From positions 1 through 40,461 of IMG/VR virus record IMGVR_UViG_3300014638_000005: DNA of 40,461 nucleotides; one strand, written 5' to 3'. The DNA comes from a virus. Lineage: Duplodnaviria > Caudoviricetes. Below, piece after piece: positions 32,465 to 40,461 of this stretch. Made by a program: the position numbers and the translations under genes. Below the pieces are notes generated by a model. It saw nothing but the letters and a program-made list of their open reading frames with translations. It was not told the DNA's origin and did not search any database. Position 1 is the stretch's first letter; the number at the start of each line of letters is the position of its first letter.

Positions 32465-32964
32465 TCGTGTTTCTCCATAGCCGCTTTCCGCTACTCCCGG
32501 CCCCACTGGGCCATAGCGGACTGAGGAGCTTGATCACGCTATACCTAGGGGTGCCTTTTATCGGTGGCCGGCCGCCGGCCCGTCGAAGTGTCCGACGGCG
32601 ACTACGCAACAATGCCTTAGAAGCCCCTAGTTTTCGGCAGGCCGTCAAGCCGCACCTGCCGGGGTCGGAAAGTCCCTTTCGGGCAAAAGCTCCCCGCGCT
32701 TCGTCCCTCGGACGCGCCGAGGCCCGCTGCGGTTTTTGGGAGGTGACCGGCTCTAACGGCATGGTGGATGCCGGGCTGGGGAATGTTGACGCGCGAAGGC
32801 GGAATCGTTATCTCTTCGCCTAGCCGCATCTTCCCCATCAAGGTCAATGCGGATCGTCTGGCCGGCCGGGGCGCAACCCCGCCGGCCGTTTCTTTTCTAG
32901 AGCGAGTCGGAGCGGAGAGTCCAGCCTTACCCCTAGCGGCTTGACAGCCGAATCGGCCCTACCC

Positions 32965-33549
32965 CTAGGGAATCCAAGAAATCCGACGCAGTTCGGTCGG
33001 CCCGTTGTGCAGCCGATCCCAGACAAACCAGGCGAAAGCCACGCTGTTGCCGGCCTTGGGACCGTCCCAACCGGCGCGATGCATCATGGGCAGTCTGTTG
33101 CGGAAAGGATAAACGCGGGCGAGCTGGCCGCCGTCGAGAATTGACGACCGTGATTCGCTTTCGAGGAACGCCAGCCGCATTAGCATGATCACCCGCGGCG
33201 CCAGCAGCAGCGCATGGCGGACGAATTGGCCGGCGAGCTTGTAGGGCGGGTTTGTGATGATCGAGCCGACGTGAAAATCCGGCGCTTGTTGCTCGAGCAG
33301 GAAGTCGATTCGCGCCGCATCCTGTTCCGGTGATTCGTAGTCGACGAGATCAGTGGCGTAGACGCGGTGCCCGGCGGCCCGGAGGACGCGCACGATGGCG
33401 CCGGGGCCGCAGGCCGGTTCCCATACCGCGCCAGCCGGGATCTGCTCGACCGCGAGCAGCGCGCGCACCGCCTCGGGCGGCGTCTCGTATAAATCATCGC
33501 GGCGATCGGCAAGCGGAGCTCGGCCGACCTGGGCTGATTTGTCGAGCAT
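32965..33549 (-). CDS. Phage N6-adenine DNA methyltransferase (NPPY type)
   Basis: DLYETP, WEPACGPG, IITNPPY, AWFVWD. Confidence 0.85.
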   Translation of the reverse strand: MLDKSAQVGRAPLADRRDDLYETPPEAVRALLAVEQIPAGAVWEPACGPGAIVRVLRAAGHRVYATDLVDYESPEQDAARIDFLLEQQAPDFHVGSIITNPPYKLAGQFVRHALLLAPRVIMLMRLAFLESESRSSILDGGQLARVYPFRNRLPMMHRAGWDGPKAGNSVAFAWFVWDRLHNGPTELRRISWIP

Positions 33550-34082
33550 CAGTAAACTCCCCAGCAGTATTCATCCGCCGGCATAGGCTCCCGGCAGGGC
33601 TGGCAGGGCCTGTGCCCGCGCCGGGGGCGGGCGTGGCGCGCGGGATGGTGATGGACCCTATGTCGGGGCGGGGCGGCCGGATGGCCAGCGGGCAGCCTTC
33701 CTAGGCCGATTGTGGAGGCAGCCGGCGGGACGGCGCTATCTGGCGGCGGCAGCGGCGATGTGATCGGGACAGGTTCCGACGTCGCTGGCGGGATGGTTAC
33801 CGGAGTTTCCGGGACCGGCTCGGTAAGGACCGGCGGAACTTGGACGGGCGGAGACGGCGTCGGCATCGCCGGCGGGACGTACTGAGGCTCCGGCGCAACG
33901 GGAGGGGGTTCCGGCGCAACGACGGGCGGGGTGGGCACAACAACCGGAGGGGATTCCGCAACGGGCGCCGGCGGCGGGACCGGGACCGGCTTCGGCCGGA
34001 TCATCCAAGCCAGCATCAAGAGGAACAGCAGGATCAGCACCGCGCCGAGTAGCGACGGGCCTTGCTTCTTGCGTTTTTTCAC
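33549..34082 (-). CDS. Membrane-anchored proline-rich protein
   Basis: Basic N-terminus + TM helix + long Pro-rich stalk; coupled overlaps at both ends. Confidence 0.6.
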   Translation of the reverse strand: MKKRKKQGPSLLGAVLILLFLLMLAWMIRPKPVPVPPPAPVAESPPVVVPTPPVVAPEPPPVAPEPQYVPPAMPTPSPPVQVPPVLTEPVPETPVTIPPATSEPVPITSPLPPPDSAVPPAASTIGLGRLPAGHPAAPPRHRVHHHPARHARPRRGHRPCQPCREPMPADEYCWGVY

Positions 34083-34519
34083 AGCAGCGATCCTTTCTCG
34101 ACCGAAGCGACCTCAATCCGAAGATAGGGGTTTTCGCCGTAGACCTTGATCACCCTGGCGTCGACGACGATGGCATCATCGACCCATACTACGCCCTTGA
34201 AGGCGTCTAATTGTTTTCCGAAGTTGTCCCAATCGGGCTTTCCCGTCGGGCGAATTACTCCAGTCAGCGCCGCGTCGCGGTCCTTCTGGCTCCAGGACTT
34301 TGGGACACTCATCACCGCCGTCACCGTGACCGCTAGGGGGCCGGTCAGGAGCGGACGCGGCCCCATCACCGCCTTCGCCTGCCAGGCGAGCGCCTTCTGG
34401 TATTTCCGCGTTTCGCTGGCCGGGTGCAGGATGACGAACGGCCGCCCGTCCTTGTAGGCGACGCGGGGCGCCGGTTGCTTGCGGCCTTCCGGCTCGCCCC
34501 GCAGCGTGACGACGATCAT
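34079..34519 (-). CDS. rusA: RusA-like Holliday junction resolvase
   Basis: KPDWDNFGK..DA..G..W.DD..V motif. Confidence 0.88.
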   Translation of the reverse strand: MIVVTLRGEPEGRKQPAPRVAYKDGRPFVILHPASETRKYQKALAWQAKAVMGPRPLLTGPLAVTVTAVMSVPKSWSQKDRDAALTGVIRPTGKPDWDNFGKQLDAFKGVVWVDDAIVVDARVIKVYGENPYLRIEVASVEKGSLL

Positions 34520-34887
34520 TCCGCCGCGACTGATGCCGGTGCCGGGAACTTCTTGACGTTGTCGTCGTCTTCGCCGTCGCTCGCTTCGCCCATCGGCAGC
34601 TTCGGCGCGTTCTTCGCCCGCTCCGTCAGCCCCAGAACGTCGCGGTAGTAGTCGAGCTGCTCGTAATACTCGGCGAGCTTCTCCGGCTCCATCCGGTCCT
34701 CCGCCACCGCGGCTCGGAAAGCCTTGCGGTGAAGGTGGTTCTTCTCGACCGCCGTCTTGATCTCCGATCCGAGGCCGCCTGACAGCTCCGATATGTCGCT
34801 GGCCGTCGACCGTGCCGACCCTAACAGCTCCCTTAGTTTCCGCGCCGACGTTACCTGGCGCACTTCGCCCTTGTCCTTTTTCGCCAT
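34516..34887 (-). CDS. GapR/DUF2312-like nucleoid-associated protein
   Basis: Helical pattern EIKTA....LHRKAFR......MEPEK......LDYYRDVLGL. Confidence 0.5.
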   Translation of the reverse strand: MAKKDKGEVRQVTSARKLRELLGSARSTASDISELSGGLGSEIKTAVEKNHLHRKAFRAAVAEDRMEPEKLAEYYEQLDYYRDVLGLTERAKNAPKLPMGEASDGEDDDNVKKFPAPASVAAE

Positions 34888-34897
34888 CGCCGTCCTC

Positions 34898-35104
34898 CTA
34901 TTGAAGCACCTGCGGCTCGACCCCGGCGGGGTCTTCCACCGCGTCCCAGAAGTCCTCGTCGTCGAGCAAATCCTCGAGCAGCATCCCGGCCGCGATGACC
35001 GGGTGCTCCCCGATCCGCTCCGCGAACGCCTTGAGCCTGGCCCTGGTCTCCGCGCTCATGGGGACCGGCACCTGCTCGACGCCGTCATCGTCGTCCTCGC
35101 ACAT
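34898..35104 (-). CDS. Small ribbon-helix-helix-like protein
   Basis: VPVPMSAETRARLKAFA. Confidence 0.45.
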   Translation of the reverse strand: MCEDDDDGVEQVPVPMSAETRARLKAFAERIGEHPVIAAGMLLEDLLDDEDFWDAVEDPAGVEPQVLQ

Positions 35105-35169
35105 GGCGCCGCGTTACAAGATTCCGGTGAATCGCACAAACGAAAATGAGGCGCCTGGGGATATTCGGC

Positions 35170-35436
35170 TCAAGCCCCGGGGCCTTCGATCAGGATTGCC
35201 CGCGTGGGGGGCCAATCGGTCTTTTCTGGCCAATCGGCCCGCATATCCCCGATCATCTTGAATAGCTTGTCAACGGACAGGGAACGCCGCTTTTTGGCCC
35301 GTAAAGCCGGGAAAAACCTCGAATTTCCATAGAATTTACGCCCGACTGCCTCCAGGGTCATGCCGTGGCCGAAGGCGTAGGCGCTGGCGATTTTAATGAG
35401 GTCGGCAATGAGGATGTCGGCGGGATTTTCGGCCAT
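35170..35436 (-). CDS. Cro-like regulator (alphaproteobacterial phage type)
   Basis: AYA...MTLEAVGRKFYGNSRFF...WPEKTDWP; first gene of the leftward transcript. Confidence 0.65.
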   Translation of the reverse strand: MAENPADILIADLIKIASAYAFGHGMTLEAVGRKFYGNSRFFPALRAKKRRSLSVDKLFKMIGDMRADWPEKTDWPPTRAILIEGPGA

Positions 35437-35501
35437 GTGGGATAAATGGCACAGTCTCGCTTTTCGCGCAATAAGGACTGGACGCGGGCCGAAAATCCCG
35501 C
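35420..35501. promoter_or_regulatory. Divergent control region with a perfect 15-bp inverted repeat
   Basis: GCGGGATTTTCGGCC (35420-35434) and GGCCGAAAATCCCGC (35487-35501). Confidence 0.65.
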
Positions 35502-35547
35502 TAGGGTTTATGCGCGTCCCAAGCACGAGCGGGGAACGGAGAGCCAG

Positions 35548-35877
35548 ATGACTATCACCCAAGAACTTCCCACCTACACGGCCGGCGGCAAAGCCGATTG
35601 GTCGCTGATTCCAGATTATATGATTGGCGGCTTGCGCCGGTACATCGAGAATGGCGTCGAGCCGGGCAGTTTTCTTTCAGCAGTTTTGTGTAACGATCTT
35701 CGCGGCGCTTGCGAGTGCGCCGATGATATAAACCGCACGCGATTGTTCCAATATGTTCAGTTTCTCTATTCCTACGCGCCCAGCGCGTGTTGGGGATCAC
35801 CGCAGCGATTCGAAGCGTGGCTAGAGGAAGGCGGCATCGAAGGGAAACAGCGCAAGGCAGCGGGAGAATCCAAATGA
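35548..35877 (+). CDS. Hypothetical phage early protein
   Basis: GGAGAG SD; GLRRYIENG..PGSFL.AVL.NDL...CWGS. Confidence 0.7.
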   Translation: MTITQELPTYTAGGKADWSLIPDYMIGGLRRYIENGVEPGSFLSAVLCNDLRGACECADDINRTRLFQYVQFLYSYAPSACWGSPQRFEAWLEEGGIEGKQRKAAGESK

Positions 35878-35987
35878 CCCGCGACCCCTATTTCCTCATC
35901 ACCGCCGCGCTCGCCGGCGCGATCCTCGCCGTTGTCGCTTCGATCGCGCCTTACGTCGCGGCCGTCTTGCTGGTGGTCGGGCCATGA
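35874..35987 (+). CDS. Small membrane peptide
   Basis: GGAG SD; hydrophobic; ATGA overlaps. Confidence 0.5.
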   Translation: MTRDPYFLITAALAGAILAVVASIAPYVAAVLLVVGP

Positions 35988-36190
35988 GCGCGCTCCTATC
36001 AATGGATGAAGCGCCGAAAGACGGCACTCGGTTTTTAGCCTATCGCCCCGACGTTGGAGAACGATGGCGGTGGGTGATCATCCGGCGTCATGATCCGGGT
36101 GGGACATACGAGACATGGGTCACTGATCAAACGCGCCCGATGACTGATCGCATCGCGGGATGGCTTCCACTTCCAACGGTGACGCCATGA
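35984..36190 (+). CDS. DUF551-like small protein
   Basis: APKDGT..L...W.PLP. Confidence 0.65.
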   Translation: MSALLSMDEAPKDGTRFLAYRPDVGERWRWVIIRRHDPGGTYETWVTDQTRPMTDRIAGWLPLPTVTP

Positions 36191-36390
36191 CCGACTACGA
36201 AGACCGCCGCTACCGGCTGCTGATCCAAGTCGTCGCCCGCTGGACCGGCATAGACTTCAACGACGATCCCGCGATCAACGCGATGGCGCAGCAAGCCGCC
36301 GATGCGACGTTCGATCCGAAAATTTGCGATCTTGACTGGGAAACCGCGATCCTGCGGCGCCTCGAAGGAGAACCCCATGCCGCTGCCTGA
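36187..36390 (+). CDS. Hypothetical protein
   Basis: ATGA coupling. Confidence 0.55.
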   Translation: MTDYEDRRYRLLIQVVARWTGIDFNDDPAINAMAQQAADATFDPKICDLDWETAILRRLEGEPHAAA

Positions 36391-36841
36391 AGGATACCTG
36401 CCCCGCGAGGGCGACGTGCTGATCATCAGCGGGACCGTCGAATACGACGTCGAGCCGCACGCCGCCTATATTTTTCTGAAGGTCCCCGGTTACGGCTCCG
36501 GCTCCTTGGGGCTGAACCCGACGCGTGCGGCGCCCTTCCTGTCGCTGAAACGCCGCGGTTGGCGCGAGGATGAGGGCGTCATCCACAAGCACGTCGACCG
36601 CTGGTTCGGCAAGGTGGTGAGCCAGAAAGACGATTACGTTGTCGTCGCGCTCGATGCCAAAGCCCAGATGAAGGGTTCCGTCGGTGGCCTCCGCATCTTC
36701 CATTGCAACGAGCTTCTGCCGTGGCCCGGCGCAAAGTCGGCCGGCGAAGACGGCGATGACATCGCCGAACCAGCACCGCCGCTTCCCGCGGCTGAACCCG
36801 AGGAGAAAGACGATGGCACCGACTTCGTCCCAAAATTCTGA
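36377..36841 (+). CDS. Hypothetical protein (SH3-like segments)
   Basis: AAGGAG SD; GC3 bias. Confidence 0.6.
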   Translation: MPLPEGYLPREGDVLIISGTVEYDVEPHAAYIFLKVPGYGSGSLGLNPTRAAPFLSLKRRGWREDEGVIHKHVDRWFGKVVSQKDDYVVVALDAKAQMKGSVGGLRIFHCNELLPWPGAKSAGEDGDDIAEPAPPLPAAEPEEKDDGTDFVPKF

Positions 36842-37679
36842 TCTAAAGCCGCGCGACCACAACCAACCGCCGGACGTCACCGAGCAAGTTGCCGGACGAC
36901 TCGCCGAGGACTACGGCGAACTGTCCCGTAACGCCGCCGCCCTATTGGAACAGGCGCGCGCGCTGCCCGAGGAGGTCGCCGACGAGGGCGATCTGGAACG
37001 GTTCTCCAACGTGATCGTCGATATTCGGGACGCCGCCGCGCGCGCGGAAGCCGCGAGGGTTGCGGAAAAAGAGGTTTTCCTCCGCTCCGGGCAGGCGGTC
37101 GACGGGTTCTTCGGGTCGGTCAAGGAGCGGCTGACGAAGGGGATGGGCGTCCTGAAGCGCCGGGTCGACGCCTACCAGCTCCGCAAGTTGAACGAGGAGC
37201 GCGAGCGCCGGAGGTTGGCCGAGGAATCGGCCCGCAGGGAAGCCCAGAAAGCGGCACAGGAAGCCGCGCAGGCGGCAGCGGCAGCGGAGGAGGCCCGCCT
37301 CGCGGCCGAACGTGCGCGCAAGCCAGAGACACAGGAGGCCAAAGGAGCGGCGGCGGAACAAGCGGAAACCGCGGCCGCCGCCGCCCAGGCCGACGCGCAA
37401 GTCGCCATCGCGGACGCGCAGGAGAAGCGGATCGACTCCCTGGCGAAGCCCGCCGAGATGGCCCGCTCCCGCTTCGACGAGGGCCGCCTCGTCACCATGC
37501 GGCAGGTCGGCTACGTCGAGATCGTCGACAAGGCGGCGCTCGACAAGGAAGCCCTCTGGCCGTTCCTCCGCGAAGATGACGTCCTGAAGGCGCTGCGCAC
37601 GTGGGCGAAGACCACTTCGTTCCGCAAGCCGATGGCCGGCGCCGTCGTAGAACTTCGTGATGAGGCGGTCGTGCGGTGA
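36813..37679 (+). CDS. Coiled-coil protein of the recombination module
   Basis: GAGGAG SD; DHNQPP N-terminal motif; long Ala/Glu/Arg helix. Confidence 0.7.
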   Translation: MAPTSSQNSDLKPRDHNQPPDVTEQVAGRLAEDYGELSRNAAALLEQARALPEEVADEGDLERFSNVIVDIRDAAARAEAARVAEKEVFLRSGQAVDGFFGSVKERLTKGMGVLKRRVDAYQLRKLNEERERRRLAEESARREAQKAAQEAAQAAAAAEEARLAAERARKPETQEAKGAAAEQAETAAAAAQADAQVAIADAQEKRIDSLAKPAEMARSRFDEGRLVTMRQVGYVEIVDKAALDKEALWPFLREDDVLKALRTWAKTTSFRKPMAGAVVELRDEAVVR

Positions 37680-37912
37680 GCAACACTTATCCGGCCCCGG
37701 ACCAGATCATCATCCGAACGTCAAAGTGGGCGATTTATCAGAAGGCCGTGCACCAGAGTCAAAAGCGGGAACCGTGGTTCGAGCAGGATGGCCGCTGGTG
37801 GATCGTCGATCAGATCAAATGGAACGACAGTGCCCCGTTCGAAGGACGGACCTGCGAAATCGAATTGACCGAACTTGTATCAATCCAATCAGGAGAGAAA
37901 ACCGATGGCTAA
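37676..37912 (+). CDS. Hypothetical protein
   Basis: GTGA coupling. Confidence 0.5.
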   Translation: MSNTYPAPDQIIIRTSKWAIYQKAVHQSQKREPWFEQDGRWWIVDQIKWNDSAPFEGRTCEIELTELVSIQSGEKTDG

Positions 37913-38834
37913 GACGACGACGAAGCAGAAGACCCAAGACGCCGAACTCTTCAACGCGCCGCCGACGGCGGAGCAGGCCGCGGCCGGGAAGGCGGTCACG
38001 AAGCCGAAGCCAGTGGGAACCAACGTCGCCAAGTTCGAGCCGCGGCCGACGAACCTCCTCGTCGCCTTCGCGCAAGCGGCCTCCGATCCGGCGTGCAACC
38101 CGGAAAAGATGAAGGCGCTCTCCGACATGGTCGACAAGATGAAGGCGGAGGAGGCGGAGGTGGCCTTCACCGAGTCCTACATCGCCATGCAGGACGAACT
38201 GCCGAGCATCAGCGCGACGGGGCGAATCGAGATTCCGGGGAAGGGCGGCGGTCGCGGGCAAAGCACGCCATATGCCAAATTCGACGAGATCATGCGCGTC
38301 GTGAAGCCGATCCTGCGCGCGCACAAGTTCGCGCTGATGGTCGTATCCGAGCCGAACCCGAGCGGCGTCGGCGTCGTCGTCCGGGGAACGCTCGCGCGCG
38401 TGCACGAGACGCAGTACGGCAAGACGACGCACGCCAAGCAGACGATCATCGCCGTCCCGCTGGAGAACTCCGGCAGCAAGAACAACGTCCAGGGCATCGG
38501 CTCGTCGCTGTCCTACGCCAAAAGGTACGCCTGCATTCAACTCCTGAACATCATCAGTCACGCCGAGATCGACGACGACCGCGACGGCGCGGGGCCGAAA
38601 AAGAAGGCCGCGGCGAAAGACGAACCCGAGGTCGCCGATCCGAACGCGCCGATCTCCGGAGCGCAGGCTAAAATTCTTCTACAAACAATTAATGACTGCG
38701 GCGTCGGCCCCGCGACGTTCCTGCAGAAATATCAGATCGACGCTGTGCACGAATTACCGGCGCGGCTTTTCGACGAAGCGATCAAGGCGTGCAAGGACTA
38801 CGGCGCGCGCACGAAAGAGGCGAAGCGTGGCTAA
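37905..38834 (+). CDS. erf: ERF-family ssDNA annealing protein
   Basis: YAKFDEI...VKPIL..H, QGIGSSLSYAKRY, DDDRDG. Confidence 0.85.
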   Translation: MAKTTTKQKTQDAELFNAPPTAEQAAAGKAVTKPKPVGTNVAKFEPRPTNLLVAFAQAASDPACNPEKMKALSDMVDKMKAEEAEVAFTESYIAMQDELPSISATGRIEIPGKGGGRGQSTPYAKFDEIMRVVKPILRAHKFALMVVSEPNPSGVGVVVRGTLARVHETQYGKTTHAKQTIIAVPLENSGSKNNVQGIGSSLSYAKRYACIQLLNIISHAEIDDDRDGAGPKKKAAAKDEPEVADPNAPISGAQAKILLQTINDCGVGPATFLQKYQIDAVHELPARLFDEAIKACKDYGARTKEAKRG

Positions 38835-39510
38835 GACCGCCGTCAAAGCGAAGGCCGACGAGGTCGAGGTCTTCCAAGAGATCGAGCAGGGAACGCCGGA
38901 GTGGAGATCGCTCCGCATCGGCGTCCCCTCCGCGTCTAACTTCGCGACCATCATGGCGTCCGGGAAGGACGGCGGGGACAGCGCGACCCGGCGCAAACTC
39001 CTCTACAAGATGGCGGGCGAGATCATAACCGACGAGCCGCTCGAAGATTTCAAATCAAGCGAGATGATTCGCGGCAACGAGATGGAGCCTGAGCTTCGCG
39101 ACTGGTACAGCCGCACGCGGTTCGCCGACGTCGCGCAGGTCGGGTTTGTTCGGCGGACCATCCATAATCCGCTCGGACTATCGTTCGCCGTGGGATGCAG
39201 TCCCGATGCCCTTTTGGGCAAGGACGGCGTCCTCGAAATCAAAACCATGCGGCCCGATCTTCTGATCGAACTCATGGAGCGCGGCGCCGGCGGGTTTCCG
39301 CCGACCCATCGGGCTCAATGTCAGGGGGCGCTTTGGGTCACCGGCCGCGCATGGTGCGATCTCATCATCGGTTATCGCGGGATGCCGAAGCTGGCTTTCC
39401 GCGTCGAGCGCGACGAGTCCTATATCGCTGGCCTCGCCGCCGCCGTCGAAGTCTTCGACTATGAACTTCGGGCCTTGGTGGCGAAGGTCAGGAAAATGGG
39501 AACCGCGTGA
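38827..39510 (+). CDS. YqaJ/lambda-Exo-like exonuclease
   Basis: QGTPEW...R.G..SAS, RG..MEP, CSPD, LEIKT, QCQG.LWVT. Confidence 0.9.
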   Translation: MAKTAVKAKADEVEVFQEIEQGTPEWRSLRIGVPSASNFATIMASGKDGGDSATRRKLLYKMAGEIITDEPLEDFKSSEMIRGNEMEPELRDWYSRTRFADVAQVGFVRRTIHNPLGLSFAVGCSPDALLGKDGVLEIKTMRPDLLIELMERGAGGFPPTHRAQCQGALWVTGRAWCDLIIGYRGMPKLAFRVERDESYIAGLAAAVEVFDYELRALVAKVRKMGTA

Positions 39511-40073
39511 TGGCGCGCATCTACCCGGTGAATTTCATCTGGCGCGAAATGCACGACGCCGCGACGGGCGAGTTGCGCATGGTCATGGTGCCGGAGCCGA
39601 AATACGCCAACCTCGCTCGGCGTCAGTTTCATCCTGGCGAGACATATCCGCTAGTTGTTCTTGAGCCACGGTCTCGAGCATCGCACAGCCATTTCTTTGC
39701 CGCGTTGCACGACGCTTATGTCAATCTGCCGGAGACAATCTCCGCCCGTTGGCAAAATCAGGAACACTTCAGAAAATATCTTTTGATCGAGACAGGATGG
39801 TTTGACGAAGAAGAGTTTCGATTTGATTCGGCTCTTTACGCGAAACGGTTCGCGACGTTTTACCGGAAGGAAAAGGGCGCTGACTACGTCCGCATCATCA
39901 TCCCGAAGTCGTCCCCGACGACAGTCATCATCCAGACAGCCAAATCTCAGAGTGCGGCGGCGATGGGGAAAAAGGATTTTACCGACTCAAAGCGTGACGT
40001 CTTGGATCTCGCCGCCAGTTTCGTCGGGACGACGGCGGCGGAACTACACAAGCAAGCGGGGTTATCACCATGA
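39507..40073 (+). CDS. Recombination-module hypothetical protein (NinB/DUF1367-like position)
   Basis: RS..SH.HFFA, EHFRK..LI..G, KSQS...M....F. Confidence 0.6.
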   Translation: MMARIYPVNFIWREMHDAATGELRMVMVPEPKYANLARRQFHPGETYPLVVLEPRSRASHSHFFAALHDAYVNLPETISARWQNQEHFRKYLLIETGWFDEEEFRFDSALYAKRFATFYRKEKGADYVRIIIPKSSPTTVIIQTAKSQSAAAMGKKDFTDSKRDVLDLAASFVGTTAAELHKQAGLSP

Positions 40074-40216
40074 GGGAATGGTTCTACGTCGCCGCTCTGG
40101 CCGCGGCCGCCGGCGCGATGCTCGCGGTCGGCGTCTGGCTGGCCGTGCCGTGCAAACCCGGTGATGGCGGCGTTTATATCGGTGGCGTCGTCCTTCTGGC
40201 GGGGTGCCCGCGATGA
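40070..40216 (+). CDS. Small membrane protein (48 aa; not in the ORF track)
   Basis: ATGA overlaps at both ends; hydrophobic. Confidence 0.5.
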   Translation: MREWFYVAALAAAAGAMLAVGVWLAVPCKPGDGGVYIGGVVLLAGCPR

Positions 40217-40461
40217 CGGTGACGACGCAGGAAAAACTCGCCGCCGTCGAGCGGCTCCTCGATGATCTCCGATGGGCGCGGGGCAAGCGCGACACGATGG
40301 AGGCGCAAACCTACGAGGCGCTGGCCGCGATCGCGACGGACCTCCGTGCCGGAACTCCGAAGGAGGCGGGTCGCGTGCTGGCGGCGCTCATCGATCAAAT
40401 TCAACGCGCGCGCCGGGGAAAGGTCCGGCTCGGCTTTTACGATGCCGGCAACGCGCAGACA
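40213..40461 (+). CDS. Partial hypothetical protein
   Basis: MTVTTQEKLAAVERLL... open to the window edge. Confidence 0.55.
   Translation, partial: MTVTTQEKLAAVERLLDDLRWARGKRDTMEAQTYEALAAIATDLRAGTPKEAGRVLAALIDQIQRARRGKVRLGFYDAGNAQT

Noticed and set aside
1-40461. tRNA/rRNA genes, integrase, endolysin
   Set aside because: None recognisable by eye; a tRNA scan would be needed to exclude small RNAs

Overview
The whole window reads as a GC-rich tailed dsDNA phage or prophage segment, probably infecting an alphaproteobacterium (inferred from GapR-like and alphaproteobacterial-type Cro-like genes and a parS-type palindrome). Positions 1-35436 are mostly on the minus strand. Read right to left they hold a Cro-like gene, RusA, two DNA methyltransferases, replication-associated genes, MazG, TerS/TerL, a DUF1073-type portal, a multidomain MuF protein, a TylF methyltransferase plus tandem glycosyltransferase-like protein, a Nudix-DUF2213 protease/scaffold, a decoration protein, the major capsid protein, a head-tail adaptor, a ~6 kb block of signal-peptide-bearing proteins and a partial neck gene. 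Positions 35548-40461 are a plus-strand early operon with ERF and YqaJ recombination genes. The most striking feature is a 271-aa intein in MuF whose coding interval fully contains, on the opposite strand, a separate HTH + Vsr/DUF559-like endonuclease gene with its own SD and a TATAAT box. Other notable features: an HNH cassette that replaced and recoded the TerL C-terminus, HiPIP-like and zincin domains in MuF, a near-perfect parS inside MuF, and no CI gene at the Cro switch. All family calls come from motif recognition by eye; no database searches were run.
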